The notes beneath the pieces are model-generated. The model saw only the letters and a program-made list of their open reading frames with translations. It did not search any database and had not been told where the DNA came from. 64,000 nucleotides of DNA from assembly GCA_030606565.1 (NCBI GenBank), contig JAUWGE010000002.1:36107-100106 (forward strand). Reading direction: 5' to 3'. The translations under genes and the position numbers were made by a program. The DNA is from Candidatus Bipolaricaulota bacterium. Its GTDB lineage: Bacteria > Bipolaricaulota > Bipolaricaulia > UBA7950 > UBA9294. Within the stretch, counting starts at the first letter, position 1. Each line of letters starts with the position of its first letter. Positions 8,483-17,909 of this stretch are shown one piece after another.

Positions 8483-10954
8483 TCAAGAGTAGTCAAACCA
8501 CGAGTGAAGATCCAGAAGGAGCTCCCTGAGACTGCTCATCTTCCTTCCCGTAACTGGAAGCGACGTGGTGAACAGGTGACCATAGCTCTTGTGTAAGATA
8601 CGATGATCGGTGATGATCACCACACCGCGATCGCTCCTCGTTCGAATCAGCCGGCCAGCCCCCTGGCGCAGCTTGAGAATAGCCAGTGGAACGGAAAGCT
8701 CCAAGAATGGGTCCCTCCCCTCGTGTGCCAGACGCTCCCCCAAGGCAGAGAGCACGGGGTCGGTAGGGACGGGAAACGGAAGCCGCGTAATGACAAGCAC
8801 TTCCAGGTCCTTCCCCGGAAGATCCACCCCCTCCCAGAAGCTGTCCGTGCCAAGGAGAACCGCACCCCCATCGCTGCCCCTGAACCGCTCAATTACTTTG
8901 CTGCGGGGGCCATCTATCCCCTGAGCAACAACGGGCAGGTCCCTTCCGATCCACGCATGGACGGCGCGTAGGAGGAGGTAAGAGGTGAAAAGGACCAAGA
9001 CTTTCCTCCTGGTCTCCCTCGCTACCCGCCTTACAAGGGAGGCGATCGCCTTGGCATACACCTCGTTTGGACCGTCGACCGGAGGGAGAAACTCGGCGAG
9101 GTAAAGGCGCATCCGCTCATTAAGAGAGAAGGGGCCCTCGACCAAGGTGTAGGTCACCTCCGCCGGGGCGGCAGCAAGTCCCAGGGACTCACGCAGGTAG
9201 CTGAACCCTCCCCCGAGGGAGAGGGTCGCCGACGTCAGAACCAGCCCTTTAAGCTTTGGGTAGAGAGCCTCCTTAAGAGAGGTTGCCACCTCAAGCGGTG
9301 AGGAGTGGAGGGCCACTCCTTCATTTATCCGCTCGTACCAGTAAACGGTGTTCTCCTCCCCAGGGCCAAACAACGCGGCGAATAGAGCGGTGACCGCCTC
9401 GATCTCCGCGATCAAACCGTCGGCCTCGCGTCGCGCCTCCGGCTCATCAACCGCCTCTCCGATTGTTTCAATTGTCGATTGTAGCTCCTTGAGCGTCCGT
9501 AGGATCCGCTCGACCTCTGGGTGGAGAGCCTCTAGAAAGGGGGTGGGGCCCCGTCGCTCCTGAGCCAGGCAATCGGCAAGGCCGGAGAAGAGGCGTGCGT
9601 TAACCACACGCAGGGCTCCGGCCAACTCCCGCACACGCGCGATCTGCCCATCGGTGCGGGAACGGGGAAGACGGGCAATCCACCCACCCATCTGCCGTCT
9701 AGCTGGGTGCTCAATCTCCGCAAGCAGACTATCAAGTGTGCGCTGCGTCAGCGTTGAGGTGAACGCTTGCCGTGTTGCCCCTTCCAGGGCATGTGCCTCA
9801 TCGATAACCAAGTACTGATAGTCTCCGAGGATTCCTTGGTCAGCTTTGAGGTCGGCAAGGAGCAGAGAGTGATTCACTACCACTAGATTTGCCCCCTTGG
9901 CGCGACGGCGAGCAGCGATAGAGAAACAGTCGTCGAAGAATGGGCAGATCGTCCCCAGGCAATGTCGAGGGTCGTCACGCAACCGGGGCCACAGCGCGCG
10001 CCCCTGCGGATCGGCAAGGAAAACGCTGTTTTCTTCGATGTCACCTGTCTTTGTTTTGAATAGCCAGGTAACTAGCGGTGCGAGCACGGGGAGCAAGTCC
10101 CGCTCGAGCCCTTGCGTGATCTCCCCTAGGACGAGCCGCCATCGCCGCAGGCATATGTAGTTCTCGCGTCCCTTAAGCAAAGCAATCTTAAGCTTTGGGG
10201 AAAGGCGAGAGATGAGGAATGGAAGGTCCTTGGTATAGAGCTGCTCCTGTAGTTGCTTGGTACGAGTGGAGACAACAAGGTGGGCGGTATCGTGGGATCG
10301 CAAGTAAAAGAGGGCCGGAACGAGGTAAGCGAACGTCTTCCCGATCCCTGACCCGGCCTCGACGACGAGGGTTCCACCCTCCTCGAAGGTTCGAGAGACA
10401 AGCTTGGCCATCTCCTTTTGTCCAATGCGATCCTCAAACGCGATGAGCCCCTTGCCAATCATCTCGCCACTTAGCACCTCCTCCACGGAAGTGCTCGGTC
10501 CCACCTGCAACTCTTTTGGGACCTCCTCGTGATGTGCAGAGGGGTTGTTCCTCTTCACTAAAGGAACCATGCGCGCCAATAATTCCCCACTGGGGGCAGG
10601 GAGGAGCTGGCTTAAAAGTGAGACGAGGTCACGCTTGAAGGTCAACGCCTCCGCGATGAGAAAGGCGAAAAGAATGCCGGTTGCCTCCCTCTCCGCCTCC
10701 AGTGGGATCTTGTAGTGAGCGCAGAGGCTCTTCAAGGTGTGATCAGGAAAAGTAGGAAGGAGGACGCGGGAAATAAGCCGCAGGTCAATTACACGCGCGT
10801 TATCTTCCTCCACAGTATAGGAAACGCAGGGGAGCTCTTCGCCCAGCTCAGCCCTCGTCTCCGGGCATGGTTCTCCGTCAACGAACAACAGGGTCCCGTG
10901 AGAATCAAGCGCGAGGAATTTAGAGAGCCCTAGCTCTCCCCATGGAAGGTCCAT
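8483..10954 (-). CDS. dinG: DinG-family ATP-dependent DNA helicase with an N-terminal degenerate exonuclease-like domain
   Basis: 823 aa. Walker A GSGIGKTFAYLVPAL, DEAH box VIDEAHALE, and C-terminal helicase motifs. The N-terminal ~110 aa resemble a DnaQ-like domain, but motif I reads FLALDSHGT, so the acidic residues are lost. Confidence 0.8.
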   Translation of the reverse strand: MDLPWGELGLSKFLALDSHGTLLFVDGEPCPETRAELGEELPCVSYTVEEDNARVIDLRLISRVLLPTFPDHTLKSLCAHYKIPLEAEREATGILFAFLIAEALTFKRDLVSLLSQLLPAPSGELLARMVPLVKRNNPSAHHEEVPKELQVGPSTSVEEVLSGEMIGKGLIAFEDRIGQKEMAKLVSRTFEEGGTLVVEAGSGIGKTFAYLVPALFYLRSHDTAHLVVSTRTKQLQEQLYTKDLPFLISRLSPKLKIALLKGRENYICLRRWRLVLGEITQGLERDLLPVLAPLVTWLFKTKTGDIEENSVFLADPQGRALWPRLRDDPRHCLGTICPFFDDCFSIAARRRAKGANLVVVNHSLLLADLKADQGILGDYQYLVIDEAHALEGATRQAFTSTLTQRTLDSLLAEIEHPARRQMGGWIARLPRSRTDGQIARVRELAGALRVVNARLFSGLADCLAQERRGPTPFLEALHPEVERILRTLKELQSTIETIGEAVDEPEARREADGLIAEIEAVTALFAALFGPGEENTVYWYERINEGVALHSSPLEVATSLKEALYPKLKGLVLTSATLSLGGGFSYLRESLGLAAAPAEVTYTLVEGPFSLNERMRLYLAEFLPPVDGPNEVYAKAIASLVRRVARETRRKVLVLFTSYLLLRAVHAWIGRDLPVVAQGIDGPRSKVIERFRGSDGGAVLLGTDSFWEGVDLPGKDLEVLVITRLPFPVPTDPVLSALGERLAHEGRDPFLELSVPLAILKLRQGAGRLIRTRSDRGVVIITDHRILHKSYGHLFTTSLPVTGRKMSSLRELLLDLHSWFDYS

Positions 10955-10959
10955 ACGAC

Positions 10960-11394
10960 CTACAGAAGATGACGAAGCAGATCGATCCGCTTGACTACAC
11001 CGACCAGTCTTCCATCCTTGTCGATCACGGGAAGGCTTTTCAAATCCTTGCGGATGATCAGGTCTGCCGCCTGAAGATCGTCATCGTCCTCTTCCACACA
11101 GACGACGTTGTGCTGCATGTATTTCTCAATTGGATCATCAGCGATCTGAGCGAGCTTCTTAACGAGCTGATTCATGTCGGGAATAAACGAGGTGCTGTGG
11201 AGCATTTCAAAGTAACCGGGAAGAGCAGCCTTGATGAGGTCCTTCTCGGAGATGAACCCAATGAGCTTCCCCTCCTCATCGACAATCGGCATGTTGGACA
11301 TCCCCGCGTTGTCCAGGGTGAAGATCAGCCCCCTCACCAGAGCGTCCTTCTCCATTGATGTCAGGTCTTTGGTCATGATCTGGTGAACCTTCAT
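10960..11394 (-). CDS. CBS domain pair protein
   Basis: 144 aa with two CBS-like segments (VHQIMTKDLTS...PIVDEEGKLIGFISEKDLI; VEEDDDLQAADLI...LPVIDKDGRLVGVV). Confidence 0.7.
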   Translation of the reverse strand: MKVHQIMTKDLTSMEKDALVRGLIFTLDNAGMSNMPIVDEEGKLIGFISEKDLIKAALPGYFEMLHSTSFIPDMNQLVKKLAQIADDPIEKYMQHNVVCVEEDDDDLQAADLIIRKDLKSLPVIDKDGRLVGVVKRIDLLRHLL

Positions 11395-11406
11395 GGGATC
11401 TCCTCT

Positions 11407-12363
11407 TTATATCCGCTCTAGGGAGATGTGTGCCATCTCCTCCTCGATCTTCTCCATGTTCTGACAAATCTTCTTATCGCTCTCTGCGCTCAGGATACCG
11501 GCAGCCATGCCAAAGCGCAGCGCCTCCTTGAGGTCCTCCCCCTTGTCCATCATGTAGAGGATCCCCCCGAGGAGGACGTCGTCCGCACCGACCAGGTTCT
11601 TGAACTGCGTCGTTTTCACCCGCGCTTTGATCTCCCAGATTGTATCCTGAGTGATGACGATGTCCCCGGTCACCTCGTGGGAGACAACGAGGATCCTAAC
11701 GCCAGTCTCGATGATCCTCCTCCCGGCGGCGATAATCTTGCTCCGGGTGGTGAGAGGGGCCCCCTCCATGGAGAGGTGCTCCCGCGTGTCCGGCTTGACG
11801 AGGTAGGGGACAGCGCGGAGGGCGTGGGTGAGCGCGTTTCCGCGGGCGCTCACCACCACCTTAGCCCCGGCCTCTGTCGCCATCTCGGCGAGTACGCGGT
11901 AGAGATCGGCATCGACCTTTGGGGGGAGACTTCCGGCAAGGACGACCCAGGTGGCGCGTTTGAGCATCCGCTTGTAGCGCCGCAGGAAGTAGGAGATCTC
12001 CTCCTGCGAGACCGGGCTGCCTTCCTCATCGATTAGGATGGGAATGTGCGCACGCTCGCGCTCCAGCACGGTCACATTGGTCCGCGTCTCCCCGTTCACC
12101 CAGACGAAGTTGGTCGTTACCCCCTCCTCGCGTAGGTCACGAACTACCACGTGGCCTGTGTGCCCCCCAACGAACCCCATCGCGACGTTCTCTACTCCCA
12201 TGCGGGCGAGGAAGATTGAAATGTTGATCCCCTTTCCGCCCGCGGAGGTGTCACTCCTAATGGCACGGGTCAGGAACTCCTCACGGACGACCCTCCCCAT
12301 CTTCAACCGATCGACCCAATACATCTTGTCGATAGCCGGGTTCGGTGTAACTGTGATGATCAT
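11407..12363 (-). CDS. PfkB-family carbohydrate kinase (1-phosphofructokinase/tagatose-6-phosphate kinase-like)
   Basis: 318 aa starting MIITVTPNPAIDKMYWVD, typical of FruK/LacC. The PfkB C-terminal motif GAGD is present as VGADDVLLGG. Confidence 0.8.
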   Translation of the reverse strand: MIITVTPNPAIDKMYWVDRLKMGRVVREEFLTRAIRSDTSAGGKGINISIFLARMGVENVAMGFVGGHTGHVVVRDLREEGVTTNFVWVNGETRTNVTVLERERAHIPILIDEEGSPVSQEEISYFLRRYKRMLKRATWVVLAGSLPPKVDADLYRVLAEMATEAGAKVVVSARGNALTHALRAVPYLVKPDTREHLSMEGAPLTTRSKIIAAGRRIIETGVRILVVSHEVTGDIVITQDTIWEIKARVKTTQFKNLVGADDVLLGGILYMMDKGEDLKEALRFGMAAGILSAESDKKICQNMEKIEEEMAHISLERI

Positions 12364-13679
12364 AGGACTCCTTTCACCACGGCGGGAATAAGAGCTCTCC
12401 CCGCGAGTGCGGAAGTGGAGGCCGCCTCAATACAGACGGAGACAAACGCTCCCAACTCTGTCTCTCCGCTTAGGACCACCGTGCGGTGATCGTCTCCCCT
12501 TCCGAAGAACGCTCCTACCCGGGTTCTTCCCTCCACGAGGACCTCCACTGTCTCCCCGATCCGGCGGCGGTTCTCTGCAAGAGCAATACGCCGCTGGTGG
12601 CTGAGGACCTCTTGCAGACGTTCGTCCTTGACTTCCTTAGGGATGTCATCAGGAAATGAAGCGCTGCGGGTACCTGGCCGCGGGGAGTACTTCGCCACAA
12701 AGATTGAGCCGAAACGAGCCTCCTCGATCAGCTCAACGGTATCGCGGAAATCCACTTCGCTCTCCCCGGGGTAGCCAACGATCAGGTCGGTGGTGATATT
12801 GATCCCCTTCACAGCTTTCCGCGCGCCTTTAATGATGGATAGGAACTCTCCCCGTGTGTAGCCCCGGTTCATTTCGCGGAGGATCCGGTCGCTCCCGGAC
12901 TGGCAGGCGAGGTGGATGTGGTTGCAGATATTCTCATGGCGAGCGATCGTCTCGATCACCTGTAGGGTCATGTCCCGAGGATGAGAACTCGTGAAGCGGA
13001 TGCGTGGGATCCCAATCTGCGCCACCCGGGTAAGAAGCTCAGCAAAGTCGCCGTAGCCCGGGAGGTCCCTCCCGTAGGAGTCGACGTTCTGCCCCAGGAG
13101 AAGGACCTCCCTATATCCGGCCTCCATCAACCTCTCCACTTCAGCTAAAAGCTTATCTGGCGGTCGGCTGCGCAGGGGCCCCCTGGCGTAGGGAACGATG
13201 CAGTAGGAACAGAAGTTAGAGCAACCTTCAGTGATGGTGACCATCGACGTGACTGAACTTCGTCGCCTATAGGGAATCTCCTGCGTCCCATAGGGATCGG
13301 GAAGGTGGACAACGCCGCCCTTGCCCTTATCTGCCTTGTGAATGAGTGAAGGAAGGGCGGCCAGGTCGGTAGTAGAAAAGAGGAAGTCGATCACAGGAAA
13401 CCGTTTCAACAGGGCCTCCCCACGCACTTGCGCCATGCACCCACCGACCCCGAACAGCACGTTCTTCTTAACTTTCAACGCTTCTATCGCCCCGAGGCGA
13501 CCGTAGACCTTCTCCTCGGCCTTCTGTCGGACAGTACAGGTGTTGAACAGGACTATATCAGCGTCGGAGAGTGAGTCGGCGACTTCAAACCCAGCATCCT
13601 CAAGGATACCGGCGATTCCCTCCGACTGATGGAGGTTCATCTGGCAACCCCAGGTCTCGATGTACAGGCGCTTTTTCAT
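12360..13679 (-). CDS. miaB: tRNA-i6A37 methylthiotransferase MiaB
   Basis: 439 aa. MTTase N-terminal domain (YIETWGCQMN), radical-SAM CxxxCxxC (CSNFCSYC) and a TRAM domain. Confidence 0.88.
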   Translation of the reverse strand: MKKRLYIETWGCQMNLHQSEGIAGILEDAGFEVADSLSDADIVLFNTCTVRQKAEEKVYGRLGAIEALKVKKNVLFGVGGCMAQVRGEALLKRFPVIDFLFSTTDLAALPSLIHKADKGKGGVVHLPDPYGTQEIPYRRRSSVTSMVTITEGCSNFCSYCIVPYARGPLRSRPPDKLLAEVERLMEAGYREVLLLGQNVDSYGRDLPGYGDFAELLTRVAQIGIPRIRFTSSHPRDMTLQVIETIARHENICNHIHLACQSGSDRILREMNRGYTRGEFLSIIKGARKAVKGINITTDLIVGYPGESEVDFRDTVELIEEARFGSIFVAKYSPRPGTRSASFPDDIPKEVKDERLQEVLSHQRRIALAENRRRIGETVEVLVEGRTRVGAFFGRGDDHRTVVLSGETELGAFVSVCIEAASTSALAGRALIPAVVKGVL

Positions 13680-13802
13680 GATCGGTCCACTTCAATATAA
13701 CTGATAGGGGATAGTCGGTCAAACGCTGATCAGGGCTGAATTCGAGGAACGCAGTTATCGCGGTGGCCGCCAGTGTGTCTATTCCAGTATCATCTTAGCA
13801 AG

Positions 13803-16800
13803 ATGATTATCCGCCGGTGCGATCGATATGTGCTTCGGGAAATGAGCGGGCCATTCCTCATCTCCCTATTTGGCCTACTTCTCTTCATCCTCTTGAACTT
13901 GATCCTCTCCCTTTCTGATCTAATGGTCGATCGAGGAGTAGGGATTACCACGCTCATGAGACTCCTGTTGCTAAAGATGCCCAGTCTGCTTGTCCTTGCT
14001 CTCCCCGTAAGCGGGCTCTTTGCCACCTTCCTCGGCTTGGGGAGGTTGGTACATGACCGGGAGGTAATGGCCTTAGAAGCAGCGGGGATTTCGCTTCGTC
14101 GCATTCTTCTACCCTTACTGGCAGCTGCATTCCTCCTTGGAGGTCTTGACTTTGCTCTCTACAACTGGGCCGTCCCCTTCTCGGAGCATGCCTATCAGCA
14201 GGAGCTGCGGGGAATAATCTTCCGCCATGGGGTACCGCATATCCAGGCAAACACCTTCTTCAAAGGACCGGAAGGGCAGTTCTTCTATGTGCGTCGCTAC
14301 GATGCGCAGGATGGTACCCTTCGCGGAATCCTCGTTTACGACATCGAGGGAAAGATATTTCCCCAGGCGGAGGCAGCGGTAACGATCCTCACTGCCGAGA
14401 CGGGGCGTTGGGAGCAAAGAGCGTGGGATCTTAACGAAGGTAGGGTGTACAGCTACAATCAAAAAGGAGAGCTGATCTACACCGGCACATTTGAGCAGTT
14501 CCACGTGGCGGTCGAACGGAGTGAGGTGGACTTCCTTCTTCGATCGCGCACACCAGCAGAGATGGGGATTGGGGAGCTTCGCAGCCGGATCACCCTGTTG
14601 CGAACAAGCGGTCTTCCTGCCGCCGATTTCATCGTCGAGTGCCACCTCAAAGCAGCAATTCCGTTGGCAACGCTGGTCTTCGTCTTGTTCGGTGGCTCGA
14701 CTAGCCTGATCTTCGGGTGGCGGAGCCGGGCAGCAGGAGTGGTAATTAGCCTCCTGCTTGTCGGCCTCTTCCAGGGTGTTCTTCTGTGGACACAGACCTT
14801 GGGAAGGCGAGGGATGATCCCTCCTTCACTTGCCGCCTGGATACCTAATATCCTGTTCGGCCTTATAGGAATCTTCCTTTTCCTCCGGCTCGACCGGTTG
14901 CGCTACCGAGACCTGTGGACTCGGATTCGCCACACCTTCCCGTTTTTAGGAATTCTTCTTTTGGTAAGCCTCCTCGCGTGGGGAGATGAGATCCCAGTCG
15001 AGATCGAGTGTGAAGAGCTTTTCATCTCAGCCGACCGCACGCATGTGCACGCTCAGGGAGCGGTACGCCTCTCCTATGGGGAGACTCTACTCTCGGCCGA
15101 CCAGGTGACCCTGGATGAGGAGGAGGAAGGTTCCTGGAAGCTGCGTGCCTCGGGGGAGGTCCACCTCGCCATCGGGGAGGATTTAACCCTTTCTGGGGAT
15201 GATCTCTCGACCCTTCTTGTACTTGAGGATAGATCGCTCATCACTCGCGAGGCAACGGCGGTCTGCTTTCGCGGCAAGAGCTTGTTTTTGAACTCCCAGG
15301 GAGAGGAGCAACTCCTCCTCTACCAAGGGAAGGAGGGACGTATCGAGTTCGATTCCAATGGGGAGGTCACTTTGATCGAAGTGCGCGAGGGACAGCTGAC
15401 GACTTGCGACTGTTACGGAAGGGCCCTCCGGGACCAGCCCTACTCGATCGAGATGGGGAGGCTTCTCCTCTACCCTGATCGGCTGCTCGTTGCTTTTAAT
15501 CTCACCGTTTCGTCCTTCGGATATCCCGTCTTTTGGCTTCCTGTCTACGTTCAGCCGCTTGAGGAGACGCTTGATAGCCCGCTTTTCCCCGCGATCGGGA
15601 AAAGCGGGCTTCGTGGCTGGTTTCTCAAGTGGAACTTCCCATTCTACCTCGACGAGGAAAACTATGGGGCGGTCCTATTCGATTGTTTCAGTCGCTTCCA
15701 CGAAGTGGGATTGGGTACGGTCTTACACTACGCTTTTGCCGCACATCAAGGTAAAGCAAAGGTGTATTACTTCCCGGCGCAAGTCGGGGATCGCGTCTTT
15801 GAGGTCTCCCTCGACCACACCGTTACCCTCACCGAGAGGTGGGGAATGGGGGGGCGCCTTGCATACAACCAGCTCGGAGAGGAGAAGAACCTCTCCTTTG
15901 CCTTCTCCCTGAACGGGGACGTGGATGGTTGGAGGTTCAATCTCTCCGCAGAGCGAAGTCGTGAAGAGGAAGAGGAGGTGATCTATACTACCGAGCGCCT
16001 ACCTGAGTTGGTCATCTCCCGGACGCGGATTGACATTGATCCCTTTTACATTCTCCCGCGCCTCGAAGCGGGGTGGTTTCGCGAGTGGAAAGGGGAGAAA
16101 GGGGGCGAGGTGTCAGTGAGTGAGTCGTTCCGTTTCGACGGTTCTTTAGAAACTACGCTAAGACCGTTCTCCTTTTGGGGATTCACCCTCACACCTACGA
16201 CCAGTCTTCGCTTGACCCACTACGAGGCCGGCGTGGAAAGCCAAAGCCGAGAAGCCCTCTCCTGCTCCGCCTCGCTTTGCTACCCTGGAATGGATCTATC
16301 CTACACCTACCTCCAGATTAACGGGAGGAGCCCCCTCTATTTCGATCGCCTCAAGTCCGTAAACCAGATCAGTTGGCGCTTCGCACGTGAGAACACACTC
16401 TCGCTACATGTCAATGGGGGATTCGATTTGGCAACCGTGACCTTCGACCCACTCCTGATAACCGCCCGTTGGAGTGGATGGTCATCTTTAACCCTCCTTA
16501 CCCGCTACGACCTCATGACCGCAGTAGTAGAGGAGATCAGCTTGAGTGGGCGATGGAACAGTGAGACAAACGAGATCTCCTGGGAGGTTCCCTACGAGCC
16601 CCGAGTTGGGAGATTCAAGCCGATTGTATTCGAGATTCGTGGAAAGGGTAAGACAGGGAAGCTCACCCTGACGGGAAAGGTCGACCTCGGAGAGGCGAAG
16701 TTGATCGAGGAAGTACTACACGTCGAGTTACGATCGGAAGTGGGATGGGGAATTAACTTAAGCGGCCGCTATGAGCAAGGAAGCCAAACGATCCTGGCTC

Positions 16801-16955
16801 CCAGCCTCGGTCTGTTTCGTGACCTGTGCGACTGCCTGCGGATTGGGATTGAGTACAAATCTGGGCAAGTCTGGGTCTACACCTCGATCCTTGCCTTCCC
16901 CAAAGCAGTCCTTCGCTACGCACCAACCGGGGCCGGCTTGGAAGTGGGGCAATAA
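13803..16955 (+). CDS. LptF/LptG-family LPS export permease fused to an LptD-like (OstA N-terminal jellyroll plus C-terminal barrel-like) domain
   Basis: The N-terminal ~370 aa (YVLREMSGPFLISLFGLLLFIL..., six predicted TMs with a periplasmic insert) match YjgP/YjgQ. An extra TM follows (FLGILLLVSLLAW). Next comes an OstA/LptA-like repeat region (ISADRTHVHAQGAVRLSYGETLLSADQVTLDEEE...) and a long beta-rich C-terminal domain with an LptD-like motif (GYPVFWLPVYVQP). The ORF runs from 13773; M at 13803 is the likely start. Confidence 0.65.
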   Translation: MIIRRCDRYVLREMSGPFLISLFGLLLFILLNLILSLSDLMVDRGVGITTLMRLLLLKMPSLLVLALPVSGLFATFLGLGRLVHDREVMALEAAGISLRRILLPLLAAAFLLGGLDFALYNWAVPFSEHAYQQELRGIIFRHGVPHIQANTFFKGPEGQFFYVRRYDAQDGTLRGILVYDIEGKIFPQAEAAVTILTAETGRWEQRAWDLNEGRVYSYNQKGELIYTGTFEQFHVAVERSEVDFLLRSRTPAEMGIGELRSRITLLRTSGLPAADFIVECHLKAAIPLATLVFVLFGGSTSLIFGWRSRAAGVVISLLLVGLFQGVLLWTQTLGRRGMIPPSLAAWIPNILFGLIGIFLFLRLDRLRYRDLWTRIRHTFPFLGILLLVSLLAWGDEIPVEIECEELFISADRTHVHAQGAVRLSYGETLLSADQVTLDEEEEGSWKLRASGEVHLAIGEDLTLSGDDLSTLLVLEDRSLITREATAVCFRGKSLFLNSQGEEQLLLYQGKEGRIEFDSNGEVTLIEVREGQLTTCDCYGRALRDQPYSIEMGRLLLYPDRLLVAFNLTVSSFGYPVFWLPVYVQPLEETLDSPLFPAIGKSGLRGWFLKWNFPFYLDEENYGAVLFDCFSRFHEVGLGTVLHYAFAAHQGKAKVYYFPAQVGDRVFEVSLDHTVTLTERWGMGGRLAYNQLGEEKNLSFAFSLNGDVDGWRFNLSAERSREEEEEVIYTTERLPELVISRTRIDIDPFYILPRLEAGWFREWKGEKGGEVSVSESFRFDGSLETTLRPFSFWGFTLTPTTSLRLTHYEAGVESQSREALSCSASLCYPGMDLSYTYLQINGRSPLYFDRLKSVNQISWRFARENTLSLHVNGGFDLATVTFDPLLITARWSGWSSLTLLTRYDLMTAVVEEISLSGRWNSETNEISWEVPYEPRVGRFKPIVFEIRGKGKTGKLTLTGKVDLGEAKLIEEVLHVELRSEVGWGINLSGRYEQGSQTILAPSLGLFRDLCDCLRIGIEYKSGQVWVYTSILAFPKAVLRYAPTGAGLEVGQ

Positions 16956-17909
16956 CCCTCTGCTTGCTCTCTTCTGTCCCTTTCATTAGACTATGCACGG
17001 TTTTTTTCTGTATGATGCTTGACGAACCGTGCCCTTAAGTTGTTGATTTGATGGCGTGCAAGCTGTGGAAAGGAGGTGCACTATAGCAGCTGATTTTTCG
17101 TGGATTGTTCTGTTTTTGATGGCCGTGATCCTCGCAGCAAAGCTGTTCGGTTGCGGGGGGAGCTGCAGATAAACAGAGGTGCCAAAAGGCGAGGCCAGCC
17201 TTTGTCATGGGTGACAGAATCCGAAGGACATCAACTCCTCTACATAGCCGTTTGTGCCGGAAGTTAGAACGGGAGATGAGGAAGGAGCCCCATCTTTGTT
17301 ATGTGCTTTACTCGATGGGTTCTGCTCTTATTGGTAGAGGCTAGGCTTCCAGCTCAAGTTCTTGAGGGAGTCTTTTATTCCCCTGCTCTAGGAGCGACTT
17401 CGAGCGAGTTATTGCCAGGATGTTTTGATCCCCTGTTTCCTTAAGTTGCCCTCGCCAAGCTAACGGGGGCGTAAGAGATCCTGCGCATCAGTCGCTGAAT
17501 AGGCTCTTTGAGTGCAGCAGGATATAACCAGTAACCTACCAGGCCTTCGATCACTAACCAGAGACTCAGTCTGTCACGTATCCGGGGACGTTTCTCCGGA
17601 ACGCTACCCGTCGCCGAGAAGAAAGTAGAACGTGCCTGCATCCTCACGCTTTCAGACCACAAGCAGCTTAGCGTCTTTGATGAGGACTACCTTCGACGCA
17701 TTGCGGATTTGCTTTATGTGGTTCCTCAATCAGGTTCGAAATCTCCCCCGGATTAACCTGCTTATTTAACCCAACAACAGGGTGGATGAATCAGGAGCGT
17801 CCTCCCTCGATCTTTCCATGAACAGACTCGTCACTCACTGCTCACCTCTTTTATCTGGGCCTTTTTGTTAAGAGATACCCAAAAGCGTAGGATAACAAGA
17901 GGTATAAAC

